A DNA stretch of 64,000 bases from Octopus vulgaris. Taxonomy: Eukaryota. Under the pieces are notes generated by a model that saw only the letters and a program-made list of their open reading frames with translations, was not told where the DNA came from and searched no databases. Shown here piece by piece: positions 38,701 through 53,243 of this stretch. Every line of letters begins with the position of its first letter. Within the stretch, counting starts at the first letter, position 1. Made by a program: the position numbers and the translations under genes. The stretch lies in NCBI GenBank assembly GCA_951406725.2, contig OX597824.1:46500001-46564000 (forward strand). The letters are read 5' to 3'.

Positions 38701-39405
38701 TCTTTTTTTAATATTTTCATGCTTTTAAATATGCTTGTGGAGACCGACGTAAACTCGGTTTAATCAACTGAAGTTGAGGTTAATTTTTTACACCGTTAAT
38801 TTCATAGAAATAGAAAAAACCTAAAGTTGAAAATGACTTAACTTGAATCGACATAAGTTGAGGTATGCCTGTACTGCCTAATAGACAAGAAACATTTAAC
38901 TTTTTTTTCACCGGGAAAGACTCGATCAAACTGTCTTGTTCTAAATATGCTCATTGCATTACTGATTCAGCTTCCTAGTGGGTTAAAGGCTTTCTAGAGG
39001 CAATAATGACGTCATTGATTTTCTAATGACTAGGCTGAACCCTTATTTACAACAGTAATCTCATCAGCCTTGAAGGTCTTCAAAAATTGTAACGAAAGGA
39101 CTTGAAACATGTACCAGACTTGTTTGGCCGTTATGACGCGTCCAGAGTTTACAATTATTGAGCGAACCATCAACAATATCAGACAATACATTCAAAGCTT
39201 ACACTGCCGCCACCCATTCATTTGTTTAACCTTCTAATAAATTCTTTACAGCCATTTTTAGAACTAGTCCTTTCGTCTATTTTCTCACCTTCTCTCGAAT
39301 ACTTTGCTGCACTTTCTCTTACATTCACATTTTCTCTTTCACCTCTTTAATACATGTACGTGCAAAAAAAAAAAAAAATCGCGCGCGCACATACACACAC
39401 ACTCC

Positions 39406-39450
<45 letters not shown>

Positions 39451-39979
39451 CCTTTCTTTCTCATTCTCAGGTTCACGAAATCCTCTCTCATTTCAGCTTC
39501 CCTCTCTTTCCCTCCCTTATTTCTACTTTCTGTTTCTTCTCTATTGCACGCTGTTATACGCGCACACACACACACACATTGAAATACACACACACATTGA
39601 AAGACACACACACACACACTGACACACGCATACACGCATACACATACATATACGCACATACTCATACATGTACAAACTATTCCTCTTATCTCTAAACGTT
39701 CTTTCTTTCGCACACACTTCGCTTTTCCTTCTCCTCTCTTTCTCACACGCTGAATGATGTTAAAAATCATATTAGTTCCTTTTCTATTCAAACACAAGAA
39801 ATATGTGGAGAGAATTGCATCCAAGAAATCTCTTATCTTGAACGGAGCGTGGTATCGTGACAGGAATTCTGTTTTGGAAGCCCACAAGCAAAAATAATGT
39901 AAATAAAAGAGATAGGTGAAATAATTAAAGGTATGTAACGAAAATATTTCTTTCCAATTTTCATTTTATCAGTGTGAAT

Positions 39980-40470
<491 letters not shown>

Positions 40471-40479
40471 TTCATATAC

Positions 40480-42310
40480 ACTCAACAGATTAGACTGTTG
40501 GAAAAGAAAAGAATCCTAACATCGGGCTATATATTTCTTCACTATTACCTATATAGGAGTCTCTATCTGCTGTAACTAACTCCGTGTAGTCTTCTACTGA
40601 TATTAACCCTCTTTCGTCTTCCTGTCTAGGTAGGTATAATCTTGCTACTCCTGCCCTTGAGTCCTCTATTCATATTGAATCCCTTCCTAGTTCTTCTGTC
40701 TAGCTTTGCTAATTCAGCTTTGACTTCATTAGCTTCTTCACCCTTCTGATGAACTCCTCTATTTTCGTTTTCATTTCTACAGTTAGTATTCTGTCAGATT
40801 CTAATACTCCTAGATACTTAAAACTCTCTCTTCCTTTCAATGATTTTAATGCCTGGCCATCTGATAATTGGATGTTTTTGCTGTTGACTACCCGTCCCCT
40901 TCTCATGACTAATATTGCACACTTTTCTATGCCAAATTCCATGCCTATGTCTTTGATGAAGAGTCTTACAGTCTGTATTAAAGAATCTATCTCTTTTTCA
41001 TTCTTAGCCCTATTCCTGCAACCTTTCTGTTCTTCTGGTAGTAAATTCTCGTAAATACTTTCTGAAAGCATTCTTGTTAACAGCTTCCGCACTAATGGTA
41101 AGCAAGTAATTGGTCTATAGTTGCTAGCTGTATTACCCTTGCTCTTATCTTTCATAATGCGTATTGTCCTCCCTCTAGTCATCCAATTTAGTATTACTCC
41201 TCCATTAAGGCAATCCTGAAGTTGTTCCCTCAACCTCCCATGTAAACTACTGAATTTCTTTAGCCAGTACTCTCGAACTAAATCTGGTCCTGGGTTCTCC
41301 CAATTCAGCATTTTTCCTAACACTTTACTCATTAATGCATTAGTTGATCTTAGATCTGGCTGCTTCTCACAAACTACTTCTTCCCTCACTTTCTTTAACC
41401 ATACTGCATCTCCATTACGATTGACTGGCTTATCCCAAATATTACTTCAGAACTTTCTTGCTTCTTCTGCATTAGGTTTTTTTATCTTCAGTACATCGTT
41501 CTTCACTATTTGGTCATAAATCTCTGGTCTGTCTCAAATAATCTATTCTGTGATATCTGGAGAGCATGCCTGATACTGCTATGATACGCTCTTTCAACTC
41601 TTCTATTACTGTCCCAAATTCTTTCTCTTTGACTCAGTATCCTTTCTCGGAGGAAGATTTGCATCTTGTGTTTCCTACTGTGTTCACTTTCCAAGCGGCT
41701 TCTATTCTGCTCATATCTTGTCTTAAAGCCTTCACTTTATTTTGCATCATCCTTTTCCACATTTGCTCTCTTTTAATCTTTCCCTGTGAGATATCTAATC
41801 TTCTGGCGGCTGCTACTCTCCCTGCAGAGATCAATAAGTTAGTGTCTCCTATGTTTTTAGTATCTATCCTACGGATAACAGTATCTACTTTCTTAGTCAT
41901 TTTTAGCAACTTCCTTCTGTTGGTACCTTTTAATGCAGGCAGTCTTTTTCTTACTTCTTTATTCATTACTTCCTGTAACTCATCTAAAATCGTCTGATCT
42001 TCTTCACTTAAATCACTTAAGACATTAGTGCCAGTTGTCCCTTATTGGTAGCGCTATTATTATGTTTTCCTTTAGGCTCTTCTTTGATTTGAGCTGTATC
42101 CCTTATGTTATTTGTCTTTCCCACTGCCTGGTTTTTCTTTTCCAGTTCTCTTGTGATCTCTTCTACCTCCACTTCCGTAATCCACTTTCTTCTCCTAATA
42201 GTATTAGCTTTATCAACTAATCTCTGCTCAGTCACTTTAAAGTGTTAACATATGTTTTCTATAGGCCCTTCTTTTAGGTTCACTTTCAGAATTGAAAAAA
42301 GATGCTAATG
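40480..42310 (-). mobile_element. R4/Dong-like non-LTR retrotransposon relic (RT fragments, internally deleted)
   Basis: MTEQRLVDKANTIRRRKWITEVEVEEI..; ..PGPDLVREYWLKKFSSLH..WMTRGRT..NYRPITCLP..LLPEEQKGCR..DIGMEFGIEKCAIL..FKYLGVLES..RRVKKLMKSKLN. The 3' side abuts (TAA)n on the minus strand. Confidence 0.85.
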
Positions 42311-42313
42311 AAA

Positions 42314-42371
<58 letters not shown>

Positions 42372-42377
42372 TAATAA

Positions 42378-42683
42378 TATACAAAGATGGGCTACAGCAA
42401 ATATTCTGCTCAATACCACAGATTTACTTGTCAGTTGTTTGACCTTAACCAGTTGAGTATATCCTTTGGTGTCTAACCATATATGCATTTCTGATCACGA
42501 GCAGAAGTAGTGGGGGAGCATCATAACCATGTGTTGAGAGGAATTCTTTGGGGTTTGAACAAGTCACCTCTGGAAACATGGGTGTTTTTTGTTCATCATC
42601 CTTAAACAGCCCTTATTTAGGGACCTGGGCTTCGTATATTTTACCCCAGTGTCACTTTGATGGCATGTACTGCTCTCTCACTC

Positions 42684-42735
<52 letters not shown>

Positions 42736-42750
42736 GTAATAATAATAATA
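42378..42750 (+). mobile_element. Dispersed non-coding repeat with (AAT)n tail; longer copy at ~60600-61140
   Basis: ctacagcaaatattctgctcaataccacagattt...ctgatcacgagcagaagtagtgggggagcatcat...cccagtgtcactttgatg...ctctc..aataataat is present in both copies. Confidence 0.8.
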
Positions 42751-43560
42751 ATACCTTATTGACCCAAAGACGGCCAAATCTTGTAATACAATACAAAAAC
42801 AAAGGACAGTGGAGATTTACAAAAACACTTGTAAACAATACAACAATAACAAAAATGATAACAAAATACCTCATACGTGAAAAGTCACTCAAAGGTAACG
42901 AAGCACTCATACAGATATTGGCTCTCTCCTACTCACCAGGAGTACCATGGCAGGCGGTCCTCTCTCCTCCATACTTTTCAGCGCGGGCTTAGAGTAGGTC
43001 TATTCACTCGAGCTATTCTCGCTACATTCACCCACCTTTTTTCAAATTTATTGAGGAAAAGTGATCAGTACATCCCTCTTCACCTTCAATTTCTTTTCTA
43101 ACCGGAACTTGAAAAGTCAGTGGGCGCTTAGCCGTAAAAGAAAGTGTCTGTTTTCAGCCGTTTTAGTCGCGTCTATACACAATCTCTTTCGCCATAGCTG
43201 TCAGACAAGCTAGTTGAGTTTTATCGATGCCCAGAGTTTCCCAGAGGTGATCGACACTCTTTCTAATCCGTAATCTTCAATAGAACGCAATGGTGGAACA
43301 TCCATGGACCGTATTATTCGACAGATGGCTATGAGCCCCTGACGGCAATCAAGGTGCCAGGGAACCAGCCTCGGTTTACGCTTGATCCTGGGCTGCAGCT
43401 CTGTCAAAGAGACGAACTGTGGAAAAGTGCGACTAACAAGTACGATCATGTCTCTTCACCATCAAGAAAACGCTGGAGCTGTCGTGACCCCAGTGCATGC
43501 TTGTACATCATTAACTTGGCTTGCTCGATGTTAACGTATAGCGGAAAACAAACGTTCTAT
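42750..43560 (-). mobile_element. L1/Tx1-like LINE ORF2 3' relic
   Basis: Minus strand LFKFRLEKKLKVKRDVL..NKFEKRWVNVARIARVNRPTLS, then a 3' UTR ending caataagg plus (ATT)n. Confidence 0.55.
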
Positions 43561-43984
43561 TCTGGTCAATCATGAAGTGGAGCGAGGCACAATGGTCGGA
43601 CGGTAGTAGAAGATGGATGTGATGTCAGCATTCATCACTTCCACCTGACTTTTCAAGGATACTTTTCTCTCGATCATTTTTGGGTGAGACCAATCACCCT
43701 GCTTGTCACCGTGCCCAGTTCTTGTCCGCCTAGAGTTTGGACCAAACCAAACCAAGCCAAACCGAACTGAACGTCGAATAATTTAACCTGCCCGACTATC
43801 CAGTGAGGAAGGGTATAAGTGGATTACATCAACTCCAGTGAGAAAATGGTACTTATTTTGCCGACCCCGAAAGGATGAAAGGCAAAGTCGGTCTCGGCGG
43901 GATTTGAACTCCAAATGGAAAGTCGGAAGAAATACTGCTAAACATTTTGTCCAATGCGGTAACAATTCTGCCAGTTCGCTGCCT

Positions 43985-44580
43985 TTCTTTATTGGCCACA
44001 AGGGAAACAAAGACATTTAAGACAATACACAAAGGACAGTGAAGGCAAACAAGTGTAAACAATAAAATCAAGAGCAATTAACAGAGGAATTACAACAACA
44101 AAAATCCCCAACGGGAGTGACATCGCCCTGGAGCAACCAAGTAATCAAATAACAAATCCCGGGACATCCTGCTCACCACTGCAACTACGACAAATACTCC
44201 AATCTCCTCTGTACATTTTAACCTACCAACGCATTATTAGAGTAAGTCTATTGACTCGGGATGTTCTCGCTATATTCTCCAAACTTTTTACAAATTTTCG
44301 AGGTGGGGTGGGTGGGGAGCACTTAACCCTCTCTCTCCCCTCATTTTCTTTTCTAACTGGAACTTTAAACAGTCGATGAGGGCTTAGCGAAGTAGAAAAA
44401 GCTTTTCTTCAGTCCTTCCTGTCGCGAAAGCCTCTTCTTCCCGGCCAAAGGAAGGCAGTGGAGTAGGCCGATAAAGTACCTCGGATATTTTCGAACTACG
44501 GGTATGTCCTACAAAACTGAAGATTTGCCATATATTTCTCAAACAGAATTCAGCTTGGCCTAGTGGCACACGTTCGAATA
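43985..44580 (-). mobile_element. L1/Tx1-like LINE 3' relic (second copy)
   Basis: Minus strand ALIDCLKFQLEKKMRGER, and a 3' UTR ..cactgtcctttg..gtggccaataaagaaa similar to the 42750 and 58945 copies. Confidence 0.5.
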
Positions 44581-45117
44581 TGTATATTTTCGTCGATAAG
44601 TACCTATACAGAATTGTTTTCTTTTCTGTTTACTGAAGAAGTGTTGCGGTACATTGAGCGTGACTTTTCTCAATTCCAGGCTGTTGATGTCTCTGTCTTT
44701 TCTAAACTTCCGTACTCATTGAACACTGAGATGCGATCGAAAACCGATTTGAGCAAAGGAAATGTGTTTTCTTTTGTTTTCACTACTTTTGCTACACTGC
44801 TGTGGTTAGTTTCACTGTTATCGTTGCCGGCATTGCTTCTTATTAGAGAAGGTAGTGAGATGGCAGTTTTGCGCTGCGACAGCTTATTGCCATAACAGTG
44901 GCAATGCACGATTATACTGCGGTGGTGATTTTGCGAATTATTTTGACAGTCATTGTTGTTGCCGCTGCTACTGTTATTGTTAGTGTTGTTGTCTTTCCAG
45001 ATGCCGTTGTTACTGATACTGTTGCTACTAATTCTAATTACTACTACGTCTGCAGTATTGTGCGGTAACAAATGACTGAAAAGGATGGTTGAATCCAGAT
45101 GAAAAAAGACACACGAA

Positions 45118-45332
45118 TAAAAGTCACAGCAATAAAGTCACATAGGTTTTGTCCGGGGTGGGGTGTCTGAGGGGTTGTCCAAGGGGAGGTTGTCCGAGGG
45201 GGTTTTGTCCTAGCGGGGCTTTGTCCGGATTCCATAAATTAATTGTGACTTTTTTCCTGTGACTTTTTTTCCTAGCCAAAATTGTGACTTTATTACTGTG
45301 ACTTTTTTTTTTCCTTTGACTTTACTACCGAT
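45118..45332. mobile_element. Foldback-like MITE remnant with modular subterminal repeats
   Basis: aaaagtcacagcaataaagtcaca is inverted to tgtgactttattactgtgactttt, enclosing five G-rich..ttgtcc modules. Confidence 0.55.
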
Positions 45333-45559
45333 CACTTGACGGTTTCATCGTTAAAACTTCCTCCACCCTCCTCTCTTGCTGACTGGACGATAAAGACAAT
45401 GCCTTTTTGAAAATTAATAAAAAAAATTATTTTTAAAAATAAGAGGCAAAGGCACACGGAGCTTCCAGAATACGTTCAGCTTCAGCGATAAACAACAAGA
45501 GCTGCTGCAGCAACAGCAAAAGCAACCACAAAAACAACAACGACAACAATAATAATAAT

Positions 45560-46110
45560 CCCATCTAGTAAAGGCACAAGGCCTGAAATGTTTGGGGAGG
45601 GTACTAGTCGATTACATCGACACACGTTTTAATTGGTACTTGTTTTATCGATCCCGAAAGGATAAAAAGCAAAGTCAACATCGGCAGAAATTGAACCCAG
45701 AACGTTGACGCTCTGGGCAAAATGCTAAACATTTTGCCCAGAGCTTTAACGATTCTGCCAGCATGCCGCCTTACAGTAATAAAAATAATGGTTTCAAATT
45801 TTGACATGAAGCCAGCAATTTCGAAGGAGAGGGCAAGTCGATTACAACGACCCCATTCTTTAACTAGGTCTTTTTATCGACTCAGAAGGAATAAAAAGTA
45901 AGGTCGATTTCGCGGGTATTTGAACTCAAAAGGTGAAGACAGACGTAATGCCGCTAAGCATTTTACCCGGCGTGCTAACGTTTCTACCAGCTCGCCTTTG
46001 GTACAATGCCAAACATTCGACCTCAGTACTTGATTGATGGTTTATTGTATCGACCTAGGAAGCAAGAAAAGCAAATTGGCCTCGGTGAGATTTGAACTTA
46101 GAAGGTAAAA
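45560..46110 (-). mobile_element. Three head-to-tail SINE family B copies
   Basis: Units at about 45560-45770, 45790-45997 and 46000-46110. Confidence 0.8.
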
Positions 46111-46174
46111 AGGTGTAATTAAATTGCGTGAGGCATTACTTCGATTCTATTCTTACCCTTATAAAATAATTTGC

Positions 46175-47345
46175 ATACCTGTGGCGTCAAAAATTTCAGC
46201 AGTTCTCTTAATGACAGAAAATGGTGCATCAAAACAATAGGAGAAACCATTGATGTCAGTAATCGAGTCAATATATATACATATACAGAGACAATATGAC
46301 GACAAAAAACAGTTCTCCATACTCTACCAACCTGCCAAGGACCAACATGGAGGTGACTCGGGCCAACTCGACATCTGCATCTTATCCAAGTACCTAAAGG
46401 ACCCAACACTCAGATAAATACGGGAGTATGTCCTCATAAATGAAACTTCCCCAAAACTAAATAGGTAGATATCATACCCTCCATACCTACAATTTACACA
46501 GGTAGAATAGAATAGTTAGTGGGCTGATATGTAGATAAATGTATGTATGTGTGTGTGTGTGTAGATAGATGTATGTATGTGTGTGTGTGTGTGGGGGTAG
46601 GTTTTTGAATATATATATGTACATGCACATGTATGTAAGCATATAGATATGAAAGTAAACAGATCAACATACAAACGGATAGTTATATAGGTTATATGAA
46701 CAAACAAGCAAACATACGCAAATGAAGACCGAAACATATGACCATATATACACACACACTTTACTTCACACAAGGATACACATAGAGACACACGTCCACA
46801 CATATGGAGATGCAACCTATACATACAAACACGGCACATCGTTGCTAAACACACACACACACACTCAGACACGCACACACAAGGAGACAGAGGTACACAC
46901 ACACACACACATATACAAATACACACACACGCACATACATAAAAACACGCAAACACGGACATGCAAACGCATGAATATGCAGAATACATACATACAAATG
47001 TACATGCGTAAATAGATATGCATGGATACACATACATGGATACACACATGCATACATACATACTTCCATGCATGCATGTATAGGCACACACACACTGATC
47101 CACATACATGCGCACAAACAAACAAAAAGGAACGCAGTGTGAGTAACGGACAGAGTCAAAACTATTGGTAAGGTTGCAAGACGCAGCGACAAATTTAGAA
47201 AAATGAAAAAGAAATAAGTGGAGATTTTACCGGTGAGTGTGTTAAATTATAAGGCACCAAAAGAGAATGACTCTCCCCAGACACAAGAGAATATGCTTCA
47301 ACACACGAACTCACATAAAGAATCTCGAAAACCAAATTCAAAAAC
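46175..47345 (+). mobile_element. Decayed Penelope-like element: GIY-YIG relic, microsatellite-rich 3' region, decayed hammerhead and tail
   Basis: Reads TCGVKNF..CIKTIGET..SNRV..QIREYVLINETSPKLNR* with frameshifts. 47165-47200 TTGGTAAG-GTTGC..GCAGC-GACA-AATT-TA-GAA parallels the 8594-8636 motif. Tail shared with 8440-8505. Confidence 0.5.
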
Positions 47346-47796
47346 GATATATATATATATATATATACTATAACTACTACTGCTTAAACAATCAAAACCA
47401 AGAACTCATATCAAATATTAGGACTGCTACTACCTGCTACCTGCTATCAAGCCTTTACCAGATTAAAAAAGAGAGACAGACAGAAAAAAGGAAAATGTCC
47501 CTTGCATTTGAAAACTATGGAAAAATTCTTAAAAAACATTTCATTTAATGTTTCCACAAATCAATTGTTTTTCATGCTTTACTATAAGTAGAAAAGTTGC
47601 AAAGACTGAAACCGGTACTAAAATGTTCTCGATAAAATTATTTTAGCATGTTCTACCCTGTCTTATTTTCCTTATATATATATATATATATATATACCTA
47701 CCTACCTACCTACCTACCTATACCTACCTACCTACCTACATACATACATACATACATACATACATACATACATACATACATACATACATACATACA

Positions 47797-47828
<32 letters not shown>

Positions 47829-48495
47829 CTAAAAATGTAGATTGAAGACATCACACATGTGATTAGCAGCTGCCCAAAAATGTCATCAAGGTACTACCTT
47901 CCTATGAGACAAGACGTTGTCGTGCAAACAATATACAATGTCATCCGAAAAAAAGACTGTCCTGGAATAAATATAGAGAACCCCCCTGTTATTGAATACG
48001 AACACAAACATCAACACGAGGAGTACTGGTCCAACATTCTCATCAAAACATCTGTGAAATGGAAGCATAATAGGTTGGATATTGTTGTTTGGGATAAACA
48101 AGTAAAATTATGTACCAACATAGAAGTTGATGTGAATATCTCTTTAAAAATCAAAGAGAAATAGGATAACTATGAAAACTACTTCGAAATCTTCAGCTTC
48201 TATATCCAGATTATAAATTTACATTTATACCAACAATAATTGACGCACTTGGTTTGAGAGTAAATGCCTAACTGACAGGCTGGATAAGCTTGGATTTTGA
48301 GCAACAAAAATCAACCAACTCGCACATTACAAACACAATCTGTAAGTGGAGCAGTAAAAGTATGCAAGATTTTTCTCAAGTTTAAAATGTGTCATTGTTT
48401 TCTGCATGCCAGTGACAGAGCTTTGTATTTTTGTTAGAAACCAGCTCCTTCTCCATTTGAAGAATTGGAATTATTAAAAGCAGAAGAGAACATAT
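47829..48495 (+). mobile_element. RLE-type (R4/Dong-like) LINE 3' fragment flanked by (ACAT)n
   Basis: EDITHVISSCPKMSSRYYLPMRQDVV (end of CCHC knuckle)..YWSNILIKTSVKWKHNRLDIVVWDKQVKLCTNIEV..VNISLKIKEK (PD-(D/E)xK-type nuclease region). Confidence 0.8.
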
Positions 48496-48549
48496 ATACA
48501 TACATGCATATGTACATACATACACAAACATACATGTATATTGTATATA

Positions 48550-48588
<39 letters not shown>

Positions 48589-49899
48589 ATATATACATAC
48601 GTATGTATGTGTGTGTGAGTGTGTGGTGTTTGCAAAAAAGATTAAAAAGTATATATTAGCATCAAGATAGTAATTAAACTTCATTCAATTCAATTTCAGG
48701 CCTCTCTCTTTCTCTCCCTCTCTCTCTCTCTACACACACACACATACAGTCTAATTTTAGCAAGAAAGAAAAGCATTTGTACCAGTAAATAAACGCAGTT
48801 TTTCACTTTCTCATCACGTGTTACTGTGTCAATCGCTACACAAAAGGGCTAAGTACAGAGTTAAAAATAAAGTAACACAATGAATTGTACTAATCTGCAT
48901 TGAATTTTTTAAGGTATTCTTTAAATATAATAGGATTCTATTTCATGCAACCATATTACATTAACAACGAAAATTTCTCACTGTATAGTTGTTTTGTTTA
49001 ATTGACAAATGACCAACCAATTTCCCATTTCCAGAAACATTGAGAGTATAATTATGCATTGGACTCAGTCCTGAACGAAGTCGTGATTTTGCTAAAATTA
49101 TAGACTAATACACACAAGCATTGCACATGTTCACATCAAACTGCCTAGTTTCATAATAGCAGGATTTACCAAAGAAACAAGAGTCATTATATCAATGGAA
49201 TAAACCAGTCCACGGAAGGCTTGGTTTATTTGAGAATGTTTCCGTGCATATAGTTGTTATTAAGACAAAATATCACCCTCTTTACTTTCTGAGTTCAATA
49301 CCCTCCGAAATCAACTTTGTACTTCATACATTCGAGATCGATATAATAAACTAAATCCCCACCCTTGCCTCCATAAAATTACTGGCCTTGTGACTAGATG
49401 ACACTCCATTGTATTACGACAGAATATGGCCGATGGATAAGCAGAATCGTAAATGCGCCGAGAAAATACCTTGCGTATTTGTTTTGTCTTCAAATCTGAC
49501 GAGATCAACTTTACTTTTCATCCCTCAGGGGTCAACATAATAAAGTATCAATCAAGTACTACGAGTGATATAATCGACTAGACCTTCGCTCAAAATTGTT
49601 GGCCTTATACCTTTTACTCTACACTTTTTAATCAGGAAGAAAGGCGGCGTCCGTGACATATTACAGGGCCTCCGAGGCGGAAGGCATTGAGAAAGGTATT
49701 TTTAAATCGGAAACCCGACCTGAGTTCTTGCAGAGCGGACTCTGCTAACGGCACCTAAGGTAGAGCTGTCAAATTGATGCATGATTTGATCTGAGAACAA
49801 ATACTTACATTTCTACCAATCTATTGCTTTGGATTGGTACATTTTTATCGACCCCGAAAGGATGGAAAGCAAAGTTTACTTCGACAATGAGTAACATGT

Positions 49900-51185
49900 G
49901 GAAGGGTAGTGGTGATAAGGCAATAGTCAAGCAACCAGATAGTTGCCATGTTAGCAATAGTTTTGTAGAGGCTGAGTTTATGCAGTCGAGAAAGAGTTCA
50001 AGTGTTTGAAATGTCTGTATATCTAAAAGATGAGTATAGGGGACGAAACAAATTCGTATTGAACATTACAAAAGATTCAGCTTCTGCCCAGGCAGCATCT
50101 GTCTAAGACGTATGTGAAAACCATAAGGAATTGCACGTACTGAAATTAGCGAGGACGATGACTTTAAAGAGGGGGTGGTTGTAAAGTCTATTCTAGAAGA
50201 CAATTGGTCAAAGTGATGTTACTATTTTGAGGAGTTTGTAGTGCTTGGAGTATGGCAGAGGAAGCAGACATTTACAGGAATCGAAAAAGAGTATTGGAAG
50301 CAGAATAACTGGCGGTATTCGTTACTGATACTTAGGTGTAAGAGATGAGTGATGGGGTGAGTGGAATCTACGTATACCCAGACATCGCCTTTCAGAGTGA
50401 AGTTTATATATAGGATGTATCCTGTACAGCAGAGATGAGTTATAGATAGGGAATGACAGACCTATACAAACAGAGAAGAACAGGACGTGTGGGTTGTGTG
50501 TTAGTACGTGCGCTGTATGGGGTTTATGTTGGATCGGAGTTCGCGGAAATTAGAGAAGAGGAGAATTTTCAAGTCTGTTTAGTGTTAATCTTGGCATCTA
50601 AGGAAGTGAAGAGAATATTGGTGTACCATGAGATCATGATAACAGTAATCACCGGCTGGGAACCTGTTTTGAATTCTTGCAACAGAGCGAACTCTGTTGA
50701 AGACACCCATGGTTCTGAAGTGACATTAAACAGGCTGAGCCGCGTGATGGTCCTATTCACCCCTACTCCCTCAAAGAGAGGACTCTTCTACGCCATGTTC
50801 ATTAGGACTTCATCAGATAACACAATTCCAGACATGAGGATCCAGAGTCAAACGACAATGCTTCAACAGTGTCAAAAGCATGAAGTTAAGTATAAGTTAA
50901 CACAACCGGGCAGTAAACCAGAAATAGCTTTCAATCACTTGAAATCTTGTGTACATGATCTGAAGTGTAACGAGGAGTGAAGTTTAGGAAGAGAAAAATA
51001 TGAAGTGTCAAAACTGAAATGTGACTTCTGAGAGAAACTGCACAGTATGTAGCTAATGCACAGAAGTGGGGGTGGGATATATGAGTACTATTCCTAATCC
51101 TGGAGTACGCTACAGCTGACAGGAAGTGTGCTGGAGTGACCTTTCTTGGCACACGCTGCAATTATACTGTATGACAGGAACTTTC
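49900..51185 (-). mobile_element. CR1/L2/Jockey-group LINE 5' portion with decayed apurinic-endonuclease domain
   Basis: Minus strand ~50570-50010 with frameshifts: FSNFRELRSNINPI..NPHVLFFS..KGDVWVYV..VIVLANFSTCNSLW..TDAAWAEAESF. Resembles the APE motifs NIRGLRSN, GGV.VYV and GDFN.HN..W. Confidence 0.6.
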
Positions 51186-51504
51186 TAAGAAAAGTCAAAT
51201 GGATAGATACTATAAACGAACGACTCAGTTCGGGGTTTCATACTCGAGACATTTGCTAATCTTAAACGCAAATCTAACGTTTTGTCGAAAATTTCAAAAG
51301 CGCCGGAGCACTGGAACACCGGAGAGTGACACAGGAAATCAAGTTTACTGTGGAGAGCAACATTCAATATGGCCAAAGTGGTGATCAGTACCGGTTGTCT
51401 GCATCAGGTTTGGGATGTTGGAAGTGAGAGCGATAGAGTAGTACTTTGCTGGGTCGGAGAGAATATCTGGTGAGTGAGTAAAATACTGTAAAGTATTTAC
51501 AAAT

Positions 51505-51720
51505 ATTGGTTTCAAATTTTGGTACAAGGCCAGCAAATTCGGGGGAGGCGGAACGTCGGCTATATCGACCCCTGTGTTCTGCTGGTACTTATTTTAACGA
51601 TCCTGAAGGATGAAGGGCAAAGTCGACCCCGGCAGAATTCAAGTTCAGAACGTAAAGACGGATGAAATGCCGCTAAGCATTTTCCCCGGCGTGCTAACGA
51701 TTTTACCAGCTCACCGCCTT
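51505..51720 (-). mobile_element. SINE family B
   Basis: ggtttcaaattttggtacaaggccagc...ggcaaagtcgacc...ccagctcaccgcc. Confidence 0.85.
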
Positions 51721-52702
51721 CACAGTGTTTATGAATATTGAGACAGATTCATGTAAAGAGAGGATTAGGAGACGAGGAGTCTTTATCAAACGAGGTGTGT
51801 ATTGCATTTCAAGTAAACCTGTTAGTGTACTCTATATGCATTTATAACAGGTGAATGTGTATTTGATAAGTGCACACATAACACTGTATACTTAATTTGC
51901 AATTAGCGAACGGTGCTTTAGGATGGAAGCCGGAGCAAATATTTAAAACATTAGGCTCTGCTCATGTATTTTGTTACCACTCTAGCTAAAAACAGGATAA
52001 ATTGGGCATAAGAAAGGATGTGAACAAGTTATGTATGATTTGAAGAAGGAACAAAGAACTTATTAAACTTGACTCTCCTCAAGCTGAGCAACTAATTACT
52101 GGCTTCCATTACAGAAATATGAAAAGCATTCTCTGGCAGGCAGTAAACTTATCCATTATAAACCAGTTTAGATTAGGTCGTATATCTTTGATCTACATGC
52201 TAATTAACACTGGTGAAATCCTGATCTAGCATGACGTTGCTGCCTAAATCGCCCGTTAGTAGCTTAGATTATACAACAAAGCGTATAATTAATTCAATTA
52301 TTGCATGTTTTACTGGTTTACAATGCAAAACCTTGAGCCACAGTGGGAATGGACACTCGGTGACGTTACTTTCCACGGACGTTTCAAATACATTCGCATA
52401 CATACATACATACATACATACATACATACATAGTGATTTAGAAGTGCGTTTAGCATTTAAATGATATATACTTTTTTATTTTGTTGCTGTTTCAAAAACT
52501 GACTTTACTGAGTTTCTTTTTTTTTTATTAATCTTTTAGACAAGGCGGAAGGCAATGACCGCCTATGACAGTTTTACAGAGCCTCTGAGACTCTTGGGAA
52601 GGAGTGAGGAAGTTATCCTCGAACCAGGAAACTGGCTCAACTGCTTGCAACAGAGTGGAATCTGCTAAACCCAAAAACCAGGTAGTAGTATTGAACAGGG
52701 CG

Positions 52703-52737
<35 letters not shown>

Positions 52738-53173
52738 TGTATGTATGTATGTATGTATGTATGTATGTATGTATGTATGTATGTATGTATGTATGTATGT
52801 ATGTATGTATGTATGTATGTATGTATGTATGTGTGTGTGTGTATGTGTGTATGTATGTATGCATTATGTAGGTAGGTAGGTAGGTCGGTAGGTAGGTAGG
52901 TAGGTAGGTAGGTGGATGGGTGGGTAGGTAGGTAGGTAAGTAGGGAGGTAGGAGGCATCCATTTTTTCTTCTCATCTCTTTCTGTCGAAGTGTGTAGGCT
53001 CAAAACGTCAAATACTTTTCTATTCTTCCCGGACGTCAAACTAGTACACCTGTTTGTTGTTACTTCACCTGTCATTGTATTTTGTTTTCTGTTCAATTGA
53101 ACAATATATATTCTTCAAGACCGTGCCCCAGCATGATCGCAGTCTAATGACTGAAACAAGTAAAAAATTAAAA

Positions 53174-53239
<66 letters not shown>

Positions 53240-53243
<4 letters not shown>

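Noticed and set aside
50453-50980. 175-aa plus-strand ORF
   Set aside because: Antisense to the decayed LINE region, with no recognisable domain.
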